A stretch of DNA of 35,041 nt, from positions 1 through 35,041 of IMG/VR virus record IMGVR_UViG_3300037045_000351. The stretch is one strand, 5' to 3'. The position numbers and the translations under genes are program-made. Shown here one piece after another: positions 1-8,340 of the stretch. The DNA is from a virus (lineage: Duplodnaviria; Caudoviricetes). Position 1 is the stretch's first letter; every line of letters starts with the position of its first letter. Below the pieces are notes generated by a model that had not been told where the DNA came from, ran no database searches, and saw only the letters and a program-made list of their open reading frames with translations.

Positions 1-1167
1 TTATTGCACGTTTGCGTTTTTCTTCGGTCGAAGTTGGGCCCCGAACGACGTCGCGGCATCTTTCTGCTTGTCCGTCGTCACATGGGCATAGATGTCGAGC
101 GTCGTCCCAATCGAGGCGTGACCGAGACGGTCCTGCACGACCTTCACGTTGACCTCGTCGTTGATGAGGATGGTCGCGTGCAGGTGGCGCAGGTCATGGA
201 TGCGGATTGGCACCACGTCGGCCCGTTTGCAGAGACGGCGGTACTCGTCGTGAAACTTGCCGTTGCAGATGTAGCGCCCGAACTTGGTCGTGCAGACGAG
301 GTCGTCCTCGGGACGCTCGCCAATCTTGAGCAACATCTCTGTTTGTTCGACGCGCCAGCGCTTCAAGTCCTGCAACGTCCCTTCGTCGAGGTAGATGTCG
401 CGGTCACGGCCCGTCTTCGTCGGTGTAAAACGGAACAACTTGTCCGTTCGGAGTTCTTCCTGCTGTTTGGCACTCAGTTGCGTCGCCGACTTGTTGATTC
501 GGATATAACCTTCCTCGAAGTTGACGCAATCCCATGTCAATCCCTTGATCTCATTCTTCCGCGCGCCGGATGCGACGAGCAGCACGAAGGCGACCCAGTA
601 CGGCGACCGTTCGCGGGCCACGTCTAAAAACTGATGCAGCTTGTCGAGGTTCCACAGGTGACGGCGTTCCTTGACGCGCTTCCGTGACTCGACGTGACTC
701 ACCGCCTCATTCTTCGTATAGCCGACCTTATGGGCGTATTTATAAGCCGAGCGAAGCAGGCGAGCCCGTTGATTGAGCGACGTCCCTTTGAGCGACCGCT
801 CCGCCTCGACCGCTTTCAAATAAGTCTCGACATCCCGTGTCGTCAATCGGTTGACGTCGTATGTACCGAGGTGCGAGGTGATGCAGTCGGCGAGGGCGCC
901 GTAGTTTCGTTTCGTGTTGATCGCGAAGTTGTCCGCGTGGACGAAGAGATATTCATCGAGTAACGCCTGGACCGTCATCTTGCCACGATCCATCGACGTC
1001 ACGGCAATCTCCCCGTTCGCGTACGCTTGCTCGAAGGCGCTCGCCTTGGCCCGGAGCTCCTGCTTCGTGTCGGCGCTTAAGTATTTCTGCACCCGCTTGC
1101 CACGGGCGTCGGTGCCGAGCGAGAGGCGGACATCCCACTTGCCTTTATCATTCTTTTTCATGTTCAT
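1..1167 (-). CDS. int: Tyrosine recombinase / phage integrase
   Basis: GARKNE (R), HDLRH, LGHAS and DIYAH (Y) motifs; N-terminal arm-binding-like segment; AGGAGG RBS. Confidence 0.96.
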   Translation of the reverse strand: MNMKKNDKGKWDVRLSLGTDARGKRVQKYLSADTKQELRAKASAFEQAYANGEIAVTSMDRGKMTVQALLDEYLFVHADNFAINTKRNYGALADCITSHLGTYDVNRLTTRDVETYLKAVEAERSLKGTSLNQRARLLRSAYKYAHKVGYTKNEAVSHVESRKRVKERRHLWNLDKLHQFLDVARERSPYWVAFVLLVASGARKNEIKGLTWDCVNFEEGYIRINKSATQLSAKQQEELRTDKLFRFTPTKTGRDRDIYLDEGTLQDLKRWRVEQTEMLLKIGERPEDDLVCTTKFGRYICNGKFHDEYRRLCKRADVVPIRIHDLRHLHATILINDEVNVKVVQDRLGHASIGTTLDIYAHVTTDKQKDAATSFGAQLRPKKNANVQ

Positions 1168-1223
1168 GTCGAATCCTCCTTGCTACTGCCATCATAGCAA
1201 ACCCGCACCCGGGACGGTACAAC

Positions 1224-1247
1224 AAAAAAAGACCCGCATGGGGTCTT
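1224..1247 (-). terminator. Intrinsic terminator between the moron gene and int
   Basis: Minus strand AAGACCC-CATGC-GGGTCTT followed by a T run. Confidence 0.75.
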
Positions 1248-1743
1248 AGTTAAACAATGATTTATTTTCCGGAGCACTTTCCGAAGGAACGGCATCGACC
1301 TGCTTCTTATCAAGGTCGAAGGTGAGCGTTTCATAACTTTGCTTGCTTTTCCCATCCTCATCGATAAGAACATACGTCCCAATCGGCATCGCACCGGCGA
1401 AGCTGACGCCATACCCATCACCAAGGTCGATAAGGACCCAGTTCTGACCCTCATACTTCGGCAACTCTTTTTCCACAAAAGCGAGAAGGTTCTCTTCAGT
1501 AACGAGTTTGCGGCTAGATTTAACATGGACGTATGTGCCGATCTGTTCGTTACCTGCGCCGTTCATAACCTTCCGCTCTTCGGAATCTTTCACGAGCGTG
1601 ACTTCCTTAGCCACTTCCTGTTTTGCATCGGCAATTGGTGCCGGTTGTTCTTCCTCGCCGAACATCAATGATCCTGCGACCAGTACGACAAGGACAATCC
1701 CGAACCGCATCTTCTTACTCAACCCGCTCCACCAATCTTTCAT
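1246..1743 (-). CDS. N-terminally membrane-anchored protein (moron; possible superinfection exclusion)
   Basis: Start MKDWW at 1743 with AAGGAGG RBS; hydrophobic FGIVLVVLVAGSLMFG; own promoter and terminator; lies between int and cI. Confidence 0.75.
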   Translation of the reverse strand: MKDWWSGLSKKMRFGIVLVVLVAGSLMFGEEEQPAPIADAKQEVAKEVTLVKDSEERKVMNGAGNEQIGTYVHVKSSRKLVTEENLLAFVEKELPKYEGQNWVLIDLGDGYGVSFAGAMPIGTYVLIDEDGKSKQSYETLTFDLDKKQVDAVPSESAPENKSLFN

Positions 1744-1777
1744 CTTTTTTCTTCCTCCTTGGTCATTCTTCACGTCG

Positions 1778-1786
1778 ATTATACCA
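1778..1786 (-). promoter_or_regulatory. Extended -10 promoter for the moron gene
   Basis: TGGTATAAT on the minus strand. Confidence 0.65.
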
Positions 1787-1897
1787 TCTAATCTACTTAT
1801 ACCCATATTTGTTAAATAAAGTTTCAGTTCGACAATGAAATTATGTCTAATTCCCAAACTGTCGAACAATATTTTACAAGGTTCGTCAAAAATATGC

Positions 1898-1926
1898 TTG
1901 AATAATGGAGTGCCATCTCTCATACT
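1898..1926 (+). promoter_or_regulatory. SigA-type promoter for the 66-aa ORF
   Basis: TTGAAT-17 nt-CATACT. Confidence 0.6.
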
Positions 1927-1940
1927 AAAGGCACAACGTA

Positions 1941-1954
1941 CGAACAACCGTTCG
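1941..1954. promoter_or_regulatory. LexA (SOS/Cheo) box
   Basis: CGAAC-AACC-GTTCG, matching the Firmicutes CGAAC-N4-GTTCG pattern; intergenic, just downstream of the promoter. Confidence 0.8.
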
Positions 1955-1984
1955 TGAAATCTAGGACGAAAGAAGGAATTTTAG

Positions 1985-2185
1985 ATGGTAGAAGTCTCAG
2001 CCCATTCATCAAAGCTAGACAACGTAGCTGAATTAAATCAGATCAACCGAGAGCTTCTTTTCTTTGATGAAACGACAAGTCAAGTCGCTGTATTACAGTT
2101 CACGCTTGAAGATGTGTTCGACCGTAAGCGCTGGAGCGAGCACAAACTGCCAGCTATATTTTTTCCTCAAAAAAAGAGAGCGTAA
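1985..2185 (+). CDS. 66-aa hypothetical protein, candidate SOS-induced antirepressor
   Basis: AGAAGGA RBS, upstream promoter and LexA box, ends at a hairpin shared with cI; function inferred. Confidence 0.6.
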   Translation: MVEVSAHSSKLDNVAELNQINRELLFFDETTSQVAVLQFTLEDVFDRKRWSEHKLPAIFFPQKKRA

Positions 2186-2195
2186 TCGCCCTCTT
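2168..2195 (-). terminator. Hairpin between the convergent genes; T tract on the cI strand
   Basis: AAAAAAAGAGAGCG-TAAT-CGCCCTCTT. Confidence 0.65.
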
Positions 2196-2568
2196 ACTTG
2201 CGTTCCCGGTGACGGGCAATCTGAAATTCAATAAATGACCGAATCTCACGAAGTTGATCGCTCGTGAGATTTTTTATGTCGTCATCCGATAAATTTAGGG
2301 TACGAAGTATCTTAATCTCCATATCACTAAAGCGCATGGCCGCCTCGAACTTCGTTTCCTCCGGATCGTCAGATTCCCCAAGTAAATAACTCGTGGTCGT
2401 TTTTAATATATTCGCTAGTTTTGGAATCATGTCCGCTTCAATCTTACGCACGTCGTTCTCGTAATTCGAATACGCGTTCGGCGAGACTTGTAATTGACTC
2501 GCGACATGTTTCTGTGTGATGCCTAATGCTGTGCGACGCTTCCGCGCCCGTTCTCCAATGCTGCTCAT
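2194..2568 (-). CDS. CI-like XRE-family repressor without an S24 peptidase domain (alternative start at 2625)
   Basis: ITQKHVASQLQVSPNAYSNYENDVR HTH and LANILKTTTSYLLG; divergent from cro; GAGGGAG RBS. Confidence 0.9.
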   Translation of the reverse strand: MSSIGERARKRRTALGITQKHVASQLQVSPNAYSNYENDVRKIEADMIPKLANILKTTTSYLLGESDDPEETKFEAAMRFSDMEIKILRTLNLSDDDIKNLTSDQLREIRSFIEFQIARHRERK

Positions 2569-2640
2569 TTTTAATACGCTCCCTCTAATTACTTTATAAG
2601 ACTCCGTAGACGCGGTGTCAATCATGATCCATCCTCCTCA

Positions 2641-2670
2641 AGTATACCGAATGAAATGCAAAAGTATCAA
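2641..2670 (-). promoter_or_regulatory. Leftward (cI) promoter
   Basis: Minus strand TTGATA-18 nt-TATACT. Confidence 0.6.
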
Positions 2671-2685
2671 AATCATTAAAATAAA

Positions 2686-2727
2686 TCTCGAATTGTGGTT
2701 GACTTCTCGTTTTGTGGGGTTTATAGT
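2686..2727 (+). promoter_or_regulatory. Rightward early promoter with two operators
   Basis: TTGACT(2699)-17 nt-TATAGT(2722); TCTCGAATTGTGG at 2686 and TCTCGTTTTGTGG at 2705 flank the -35. Confidence 0.8.
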
Positions 2728-2747
2728 GGAGTCAAGGAGGTGAGGGA

Positions 2748-2999
2748 ATGAGTCAAACCATCGACCGAACGACGCTCCGTGACTTGCGTATCTCTAAAGG
2801 GATTACCCAGAAACACCTGGCAAGCAAACTCGGCGTCTTTCCAAATGCATACTTCCGAATTGAGGAAGGGACGCGTAAAGTCACAGTCGGAGAAGCGCTG
2901 ATCATCTCAGAAGTGCTGGATGAGCCATTGGAGAAAATTTTTTTTACAGACAAACTTCTCATAATGAGAAGGTCACAACAATTTGAGACTAATCTATAA
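2748..2999 (+). CDS. Cro-like XRE HTH protein
   Basis: GITQKHLASKLGVFPNAYFRIEEG; AAGGAGGTG RBS. Confidence 0.9.
   Translation: MSQTIDRTTLRDLRISKGITQKHLASKLGVFPNAYFRIEEGTRKVTVGEALIISEVLDEPLEKIFFTDKLLIMRRSQQFETNL
2955..2988. promoter_or_regulatory. Two further operators at the 3' end of cro
   Basis: Palindrome CTTCTCA-TAA-TGAGAAG (2955-2971); TCTCAAATTGTTG on the minus strand (2976-2988). Confidence 0.65.
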
Positions 3000-3015
3000 G
3001 GAGAGTGTATCACGA

Positions 3016-3720
3016 ATGAACCAATTAACGAAAGTGTTCGAAGGGCAAAGTGTTCGCATTCTTGGCACTGAGGAAACGCCGCTGTTTGTATTGGCAGATG
3101 TATGTAAGGTGCTCGAAATCGGAAACCCGAGCGACGTGAAAAAACGCTTGGAAGATGGGGTCGTTAGTATCGAGGTCATCTTGGACGTAATGGATCGTGA
3201 ACAACAGGTAACAGCAATCAATGAAGACGGTTTGTACGACGTCATCCTCGATAGTCGCAAACCACAAGCAAAACGTTTCCGCAAATGGATCACTGGCGAC
3301 GTGCTCCCATCACTTCGTAAAACAGGGACTTACGAGATGCCTAAGCCTCAATTACCTCAACAGGTCGTCGAGACGATGCCTACGTTGTTCCGAGGTGTCG
3401 CCGACCTAATCGACTGGAAGGAAGTTGCGGCTTCGGCGCTCGATGAGGTTCAGACAGACATCTACGAATTGAAGAACAGTCTCACGTTGACGCACGGTCA
3501 AGAACTTGCCATCCAAGAAGCGAAACGCCGCCGGGTCCGCGACATGTTCGACCGCTACGGCGAAGATCATCCATTTCTCGACACGAAAGCGAAGTTTCAC
3601 AGCCGTTGCGGCAGCGACTTGAAGAAAGCGTTCAACGTGCCACGTTACGGCGAGATTCTACGCAAAGACTTTGAAGAAGCAATGCAATATGTACAGGCAT
3701 GGCGCCCGCCATTCCAGTGA
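3016..3720 (+). CDS. BRO-N antirepressor with ORF6C-like C-terminal domain
   Basis: FVLADVCKVLEI, INEDGLYDVILDSRKPQAKRFRKWITGDVLPSLRKTG; C-terminal FNVPRYGEILRKDFEEAMQYVQAW. Confidence 0.9.
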   Translation: MNQLTKVFEGQSVRILGTEETPLFVLADVCKVLEIGNPSDVKKRLEDGVVSIEVILDVMDREQQVTAINEDGLYDVILDSRKPQAKRFRKWITGDVLPSLRKTGTYEMPKPQLPQQVVETMPTLFRGVADLIDWKEVAASALDEVQTDIYELKNSLTLTHGQELAIQEAKRRRVRDMFDRYGEDHPFLDTKAKFHSRCGSDLKKAFNVPRYGEILRKDFEEAMQYVQAWRPPFQ

Positions 3721-3733
3721 AAGGAGCCAACCC

Positions 3734-3997
3734 ATGAACGTCCAAGTCGTCACCCTCACCGCGACCGAGCTGAACACGATGCTCATCGAGGCCGCACAGA
3801 AAGGCGCCGAGCTCGCGCTAAACGCCACGACGAAGGTATGGCTCACGCAAAAAGAAGCGTGCGAGTACCTCAACGTCTCGCGCCAGACCATCAAACTCCG
3901 TGAAATCGAACGCGGCTTGCCTGCCTATCGCGACGGACAGGCGGTGCGCTATCTCAAAAGTGACCTCGATCTACTCTTACGCGGTCACTGCTGGTAA
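3734..3997 (+). CDS. Excisionase-like HTH protein
   Basis: WLTQKEACEYLNVSRQTI...LPAYRDGQAVRYLKSDL; AAGGAG RBS. Confidence 0.82.
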   Translation: MNVQVVTLTATELNTMLIEAAQKGAELALNATTKVWLTQKEACEYLNVSRQTIKLREIERGLPAYRDGQAVRYLKSDLDLLLRGHCW

Positions 3998-4087
3998 ACA
4001 CAAAAAACGAACGAGGGAAAGACCCGCGCTCGCTCATGATTCGACACCTTGAGTATACCACGGATCACCTCGGGATTGGAGATTACA

Positions 4088-4270
4088 ATGCTCACCACAC
4101 GCCAAACAGACATCATCATGACGTCGCTCGGGCTTGCCGCCTGTATCAGCTTCGTGCTCACGATGCTCCTCAACCAAACGGAGTACTGGCTCGTCACATC
4201 TGTCGTCACACTCGTGCTCGTCGGCATCACGGCGACACTCGACTACACAAGCAGGGGGAACGACGCATGA
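4088..4270 (+). CDS. Small protein with two predicted TM segments
   Basis: GGAG RBS; two hydrophobic segments; ATGA overlap with the next gene. Confidence 0.65.
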   Translation: MLTTRQTDIIMTSLGLAACISFVLTMLLNQTEYWLVTSVVTLVLVGITATLDYTSRGNDA

Positions 4271-4476
4271 CCGCAGACAACGAACGCCTCATGGAGCGCG
4301 AGGAACAACTCGACTGCTTCCACCACCATATCAAGCAACTCCGCGTCGAAGCGAACAACGCCGTCGAGCAGTTGCACGGCAAGGACCTCGATTACAGCTA
4401 CGAACAGGGCGTGTTCAACACGTTGCGCTCACTGCAAGAACTATTCGAACAGACATTCGACAAGGAGGAATTTTGA
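4267..4476 (+). CDS. Hypothetical protein (69 aa)
   Basis: Overlapping start/stop on both sides; RBS. Confidence 0.65.
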   Translation: MTADNERLMEREEQLDCFHHHIKQLRVEANNAVEQLHGKDLDYSYEQGVFNTLRSLQELFEQTFDKEEF

Positions 4477-4628
4477 TGAACATGGACGTTTACGACTACG
4501 CACGACAATACGCCAAACTCGACACTGAAATGGACCGACACGACAAACATCGCCGTTTCCTAGAAAGCCGGAAGTCATCTCGCAAGCAAGGCATGCGCCA
4601 AAAAAAGAAAGGTGGAAAACGAAAATGA
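4476..4628 (+). CDS. Small basic hypothetical protein (50 aa)
   Basis: AAGGAGG RBS; TGATG overlap. Confidence 0.65.
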   Translation: MNMDVYDYARQYAKLDTEMDRHDKHRRFLESRKSSRKQGMRQKKKGGKRK

Positions 4629-4921
4629 CCCCATACGACAAAATCAACGCGCTCACCGACATCTCGGGTGACCTCACCGACATCCGCGAGAAGCTGCACC
4701 GCCTCGGCAACTTGAACGCCGACATCGACACGCCGCTCTATCAAGCGCTGTACCAAATCGAGCAGGCGCTCCACTGGCAGGGCATCCTCGCGCAGGACGA
4801 GCCGAAGAGTGAGGTCGAACTCGGGCTCGAACGACTCGCCGAGAAACGCAGCATGACCAAGGTCGAAGTGATCGACTACGCACAACGCTTGGCACGGATG
4901 CAAGGAGGGGCAGCGGTATGA
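4625..4921 (+). CDS. Hypothetical protein
   Basis: ATGA coupling; RBS. Confidence 0.7.
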   Translation: MTPYDKINALTDISGDLTDIREKLHRLGNLNADIDTPLYQALYQIEQALHWQGILAQDEPKSEVELGLERLAEKRSMTKVEVIDYAQRLARMQGGAAV

Positions 4922-5385
4922 ACCTCGACCGATACGAAAAGATTGACGGGCGCGAGGCGCTCAAACGATTGGCTGATGGAGAGTATGTGTTCATGGAGCT
5001 GATTAACGAAACTGTAAAGCTCAAACTTTCAGAAGATGGGTTGCAATGGGATGTCGCTGGATGCGAGAACCAAGTCACTTATTGGACTTTCAATCAAATC
5101 TACACGAGTAAAGGGTTGTACGTCCCGAAACCCTTCGACGTCCGCCAAGCTATGCTCGACCGCCCGAACGAGTGGGTGGGGGCTTACCAAGACGAAGAAG
5201 GCAGACGGTGGAAATTCGGATTTGAAACGGAGTCGTTTCAAGCGGTAGCTATACCATTCAACATCAACACGAAACTACCACTTTACGAAACTTATCGAAA
5301 AAACGGTAACTGGACTATCGCTTCGAGAAAAGCGATTGAGAATTGCATCCCAATCGAAGACGCACCTGAGGAGGCGACACGATGA
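4918..5385 (+). CDS. Hypothetical phage protein
   Basis: AAGGAGG RBS; ATGA coupling. Confidence 0.72.
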   Translation: MNLDRYEKIDGREALKRLADGEYVFMELINETVKLKLSEDGLQWDVAGCENQVTYWTFNQIYTSKGLYVPKPFDVRQAMLDRPNEWVGAYQDEEGRRWKFGFETESFQAVAIPFNINTKLPLYETYRKNGNWTIASRKAIENCIPIEDAPEEATR

Positions 5386-6053
5386 AACATTCAGAAACGC
5401 TCGCAAGCATGGCGAAAGCGCTCGCCGCTTTCCAAGCCGAAGTCAAACAGCCTGAGAAGTCAGCCAAGAACCCGCACTTCAAATCCAACTATGTCCCGCT
5501 CGAAGGGGTCGTGGACGTCGTCAATAAGTTCGGCCCGAAACATGGACTCAGCTACATGCAAGAGCCCATCTACCAAGACGACAAGGCCGGCGCGCAGACG
5601 ATGGTCATGCATGAGTCGGGAGAATGGATCTTGTTCGAACCATTGCTATTGCCAGTCGGTCAAAAGGCAACGGCCCAAGCCGCAGGGAGCGCCATCACAT
5701 ACGCTCGACGGTACAGCTTAGGTTCAGCCTTCGGGATTGCCTCGGAGGTCGATGACGACGCGAACAGCGCGTCAGACAACACGAAGCAGAACCCGTCGAA
5801 CAATCAAGCGAGAAGACAAACGACGCAAAAGCAAGAACCGAAAGCGACCGGTGAACAAATCGCCGTTTTGAAAGGAATTGCCGACGCCATCGCTGACAAG
5901 GTCGGTAAGGAGAGTCGTGTCGTCTATGAAGCCTTTAATATCGCGGGCGTCCAGACGGTCCAAGACTTCGAGAAGGTGAAGGCAAACCTGAACAAGCAAA
6001 TCAATGCGATTGCTACCAAAGAAAAGGAGGCGGCCCACGATGAGTCCGCTTGA
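5382..6053 (+). CDS. erf: ERF-family single-strand annealing protein
   Basis: KNPHFKSNY, HESGEW, QAAGSAITYARRYSLGSAFGIASEVDDDAN. Confidence 0.93.
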   Translation: MKHSETLASMAKALAAFQAEVKQPEKSAKNPHFKSNYVPLEGVVDVVNKFGPKHGLSYMQEPIYQDDKAGAQTMVMHESGEWILFEPLLLPVGQKATAQAAGSAITYARRYSLGSAFGIASEVDDDANSASDNTKQNPSNNQARRQTTQKQEPKATGEQIAVLKGIADAIADKVGKESRVVYEAFNIAGVQTVQDFEKVKANLNKQINAIATKEKEAAHDESA

Positions 6054-6291
6054 CCGAGATGAGCAACACGTATTGGACGCCTTAACGGAACAACAGGCGG
6101 ACGAGGTCGTCATGAAAGCAAGACCACATGGCGACTTTGACCTCGCCGATCTAATGCGCTACGAGAAACCGTTCATGACGTGGGAAGAAGAGCAAGCATT
6201 TCTCCGCAGTATCGACAACCATGTCAACGTGATCTATCCAAGCAAGGCCACCATTAAACGAGACCCAGTAGGAGGACAAACACATGATTAA
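6040..6291 (+). CDS. Hypothetical protein
   Basis: AAGGAGG RBS; fills the erf-ssb gap. Confidence 0.65.
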   Translation: MSPLDRDEQHVLDALTEQQADEVVMKARPHGDFDLADLMRYEKPFMTWEEEQAFLRSIDNHVNVIYPSKATIKRDPVGGQTHD

Positions 6292-6724
6292 CCGAGTTGT
6301 ACTAGTAGGCAGACTGACACGGGATCCAGAAATGCGATACACCCAGAGCGGCATCGCCGTCACGCGTTTCACCTTAGCGTGTGACCGTCCATTCGGCGGA
6401 CAAGATGGCAAGAAAGAGACGGACTTCATCGACTGCACCGTGTGGCGTAAACAAGCCGAGAACGTCGCCCAGTATTTGAAGAAGGGTAACATGGCCGGCG
6501 TCGACGGTCGCTTACAAATCAGTAGCTACGAAGCGCAGGACGGCACAAAACGACAACGTGCCGAGGTCGTCGCCGACAGTGTCCGCTTCCTCGAACCGAA
6601 AGGCTCGGGCGGACAGCCGCAGTCACAAGGCGCACCGAAGACAGCGAAAGATTCCGACGCGTTCTCAGACCCGTTCAACAACGGTGGAAAAATCGACTTG
6701 TCAGATGATGATCTCCCATTCTGA
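6284..6724 (+). CDS. ssb: Single-stranded DNA-binding protein
   Basis: MINRVVLVGRLTRDPE...DDDLPF. Confidence 0.97.
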   Translation: MINRVVLVGRLTRDPEMRYTQSGIAVTRFTLACDRPFGGQDGKKETDFIDCTVWRKQAENVAQYLKKGNMAGVDGRLQISSYEAQDGTKRQRAEVVADSVRFLEPKGSGGQPQSQGAPKTAKDSDAFSDPFNNGGKIDLSDDDLPF

Positions 6725-6738
6725 GGCGAGGTGAGAAT

Positions 6739-7626
6739 ATGAGCAACGAACGGATCCACCGCGTTCACAAAGAAAAAAACTTCGTCATGTTGGACAAAGG
6801 CTTCCTTGCCAACACGAACTTGTCATTGAAAGCGAAGGGGCTGCTCGCTTACGTGTTGAGCCTTCCTGACGACTGGGTCATCTACACCGAAGAGATCACG
6901 AAGCACCACAAGGACGGCAAAGCCGCCGTCCTCAGTGCTTTCAAGGAGCTCGAGGAACAAGGCCACGTCAAACGGGAGCGCGTCCGCGACACGAACGGAC
7001 AGCTGAAAGGTTATAAGACGACAGTCTACGAAACACCTCTCACCGAAAACCGATTATCCGAAGTCGGAAAAACCGAAGTCGGAAAAACCGAAGTCGGAAA
7101 ATCGAGCACTACTAAGAATTATAGTACTAAGAATGATTTTACTAAGAATGACTTAACTAATATTACTACTACTACTGGCACGAATGAGTTTCAGCAGTTG
7201 GCAGATATTTATACGAGCAAGATCAACCAAAACCTTCAAGCCGTCCACGAGTTCTTAGAAGACGACCTCGACGAGTTTGGACTCGACTTACTGACCGAAG
7301 CAATCAATGAGGCAGCACTCGCAAACATTCGGAATTACAAGTACGTCCGCGCCATCCTCAACGGTTGGAAAGACCGAGGGGTCAGGACCTTGCAAGGAGT
7401 CATCCAAGACCGTGCCGACTTCGAAGAGAAGAAGCAATCGCAACAGAAACGCAAGTCGTGGTCGCCAACGAAAGAGACGGCCATGAAGAAGACGCCGGAG
7501 TGGCTCGAGAAAGACGCCGAAGAGCAACGCGCCTACGAACAACGAAAACGCGACGAACTCGCGGCGAGCGTCCCAGACGACCACGAGCTCGAGAAGCTAC
7601 TCGCCGAGATGCGAGGTGGCGCATGA
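6739..7626 (+). CDS. Replication initiator (winged HTH plus DnaD-like domain)
   Basis: LSLKAKGLLAYVLSLPDDW; YKYVRAILNGW; internal iterons. Confidence 0.9.
   Translation: MSNERIHRVHKEKNFVMLDKGFLANTNLSLKAKGLLAYVLSLPDDWVIYTEEITKHHKDGKAAVLSAFKELEEQGHVKRERVRDTNGQLKGYKTTVYETPLTENRLSEVGKTEVGKTEVGKSSTTKNYSTKNDFTKNDLTNITTTTGTNEFQQLADIYTSKINQNLQAVHEFLEDDLDEFGLDLLTEAINEAALANIRNYKYVRAILNGWKDRGVRTLQGVIQDRADFEEKKQSQQKRKSWSPTKETAMKKTPEWLEKDAEEQRAYEQRKRDELAASVPDDHELEKLLAEMRGGA
7058..7176. repeat. Iterons and AT-rich repeats, putative replication origin
   Basis: CCGAAGTCGGAAAA at 7058/7073/7088, then ACTAAGAAT at 7111/7126/7141 and ACTAATATT at 7156; 15-bp period. Confidence 0.85.
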
Positions 7627-8003
7627 AACAGAGCCTCACCCTTGAAGAGACCGAGAAGTTACGTCTCGACTACGAGACAAGCGCGGACAAGCTCGAAGAC
7701 ATCGCTACACGCCACTATATCAGTCGCCGTTGTCTCCACCGCTATGTGAAGCGGCACGGGTGGGTCCGTCCCACCTTGGAGCCGCGGTCGACGAACCACA
7801 TCGAACCACGGGTCATCCCGTTCCCATCATTCTACAAGGCGTACTTCGAGGACTGTCTGAACACGGACGAGCTGCAGAAGCGATTCAAGTGCAACCATCG
7901 GGTCATCAAACGGACGCTCGACCATCACGGCATCGAACGAATGCGCCGGAACGAACGGATCCAGATGAAACGACACTTTGAACAGGCAAAGGGAGGACGT
8001 TAA
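7623..8003 (+). CDS. Protein with two HTH-like units
   Basis: LEDIATRHYISRRCLHRYVKRHG; TDELQKRFKCNHRVIKRTLDHHGI. Confidence 0.7.
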   Translation: MKQSLTLEETEKLRLDYETSADKLEDIATRHYISRRCLHRYVKRHGWVRPTLEPRSTNHIEPRVIPFPSFYKAYFEDCLNTDELQKRFKCNHRVIKRTLDHHGIERMRRNERIQMKRHFEQAKGGR

Positions 8004-8005
8004 GC

Positions 8006-8164
8006 ATGGTGTACGAATGTCAATTTGGCGCCTGGCGCTACCTGTTGTTCCCTAACTTACTGCAACGTCACATCTTACTTCACGGTCAACTCGTCGATGT
8101 TGAGGACGTCACGCTCGAATATGTGGCGCATCAGCTCGAAGGACCGCTCTGGTCCAAACGATGA
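8006..8164 (+). CDS. Small hypothetical protein (52 aa)
   Basis: GGAGG RBS; MVYECQFGAW...; not in the ORF track. Confidence 0.55.
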   Translation: MVYECQFGAWRYLLFPNLLQRHILLHGQLVDVEDVTLEYVAHQLEGPLWSKR

Positions 8165-8340
8165 ACCACCGTAAGAAGAAGCCGCAGACTTTCGTCCGGT
8201 ATCGGGGAACGCGCGAGGTGTTCCTCGTCCGGCGTGAGGCAGGTGTATGGATCACCTTGTATGACGCCATGAGCCAAGGCGAGTTGCAACGTCACTTGAA
8301 AGCCGGTTGGGAGGTATATCGTACATGGACAAACGGATGA
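8161..8340 (+). CDS. Small hypothetical protein (59 aa)
   Basis: ATGA overlap; MNHRKKKPQ...; not in the ORF track. Confidence 0.55.
   Translation: MNHRKKKPQTFVRYRGTREVFLVRREAGVWITLYDAMSQGELQRHLKAGWEVYRTWTNG

Noticed and set aside
1827-1885. Extra CGAAC/GTTCG half sites
   Set aside because: Spacing is not N4, so these are not canonical LexA boxes
4446-4459. Second LexA-like box CGAAC-AGAC-ATTCG
   Set aside because: Mismatch in the core, inside a CDS, and no nearby promoter seen
7058-7176. CRISPR-like array
   Set aside because: Tandem in-frame repeats without spacers; they fit iterons
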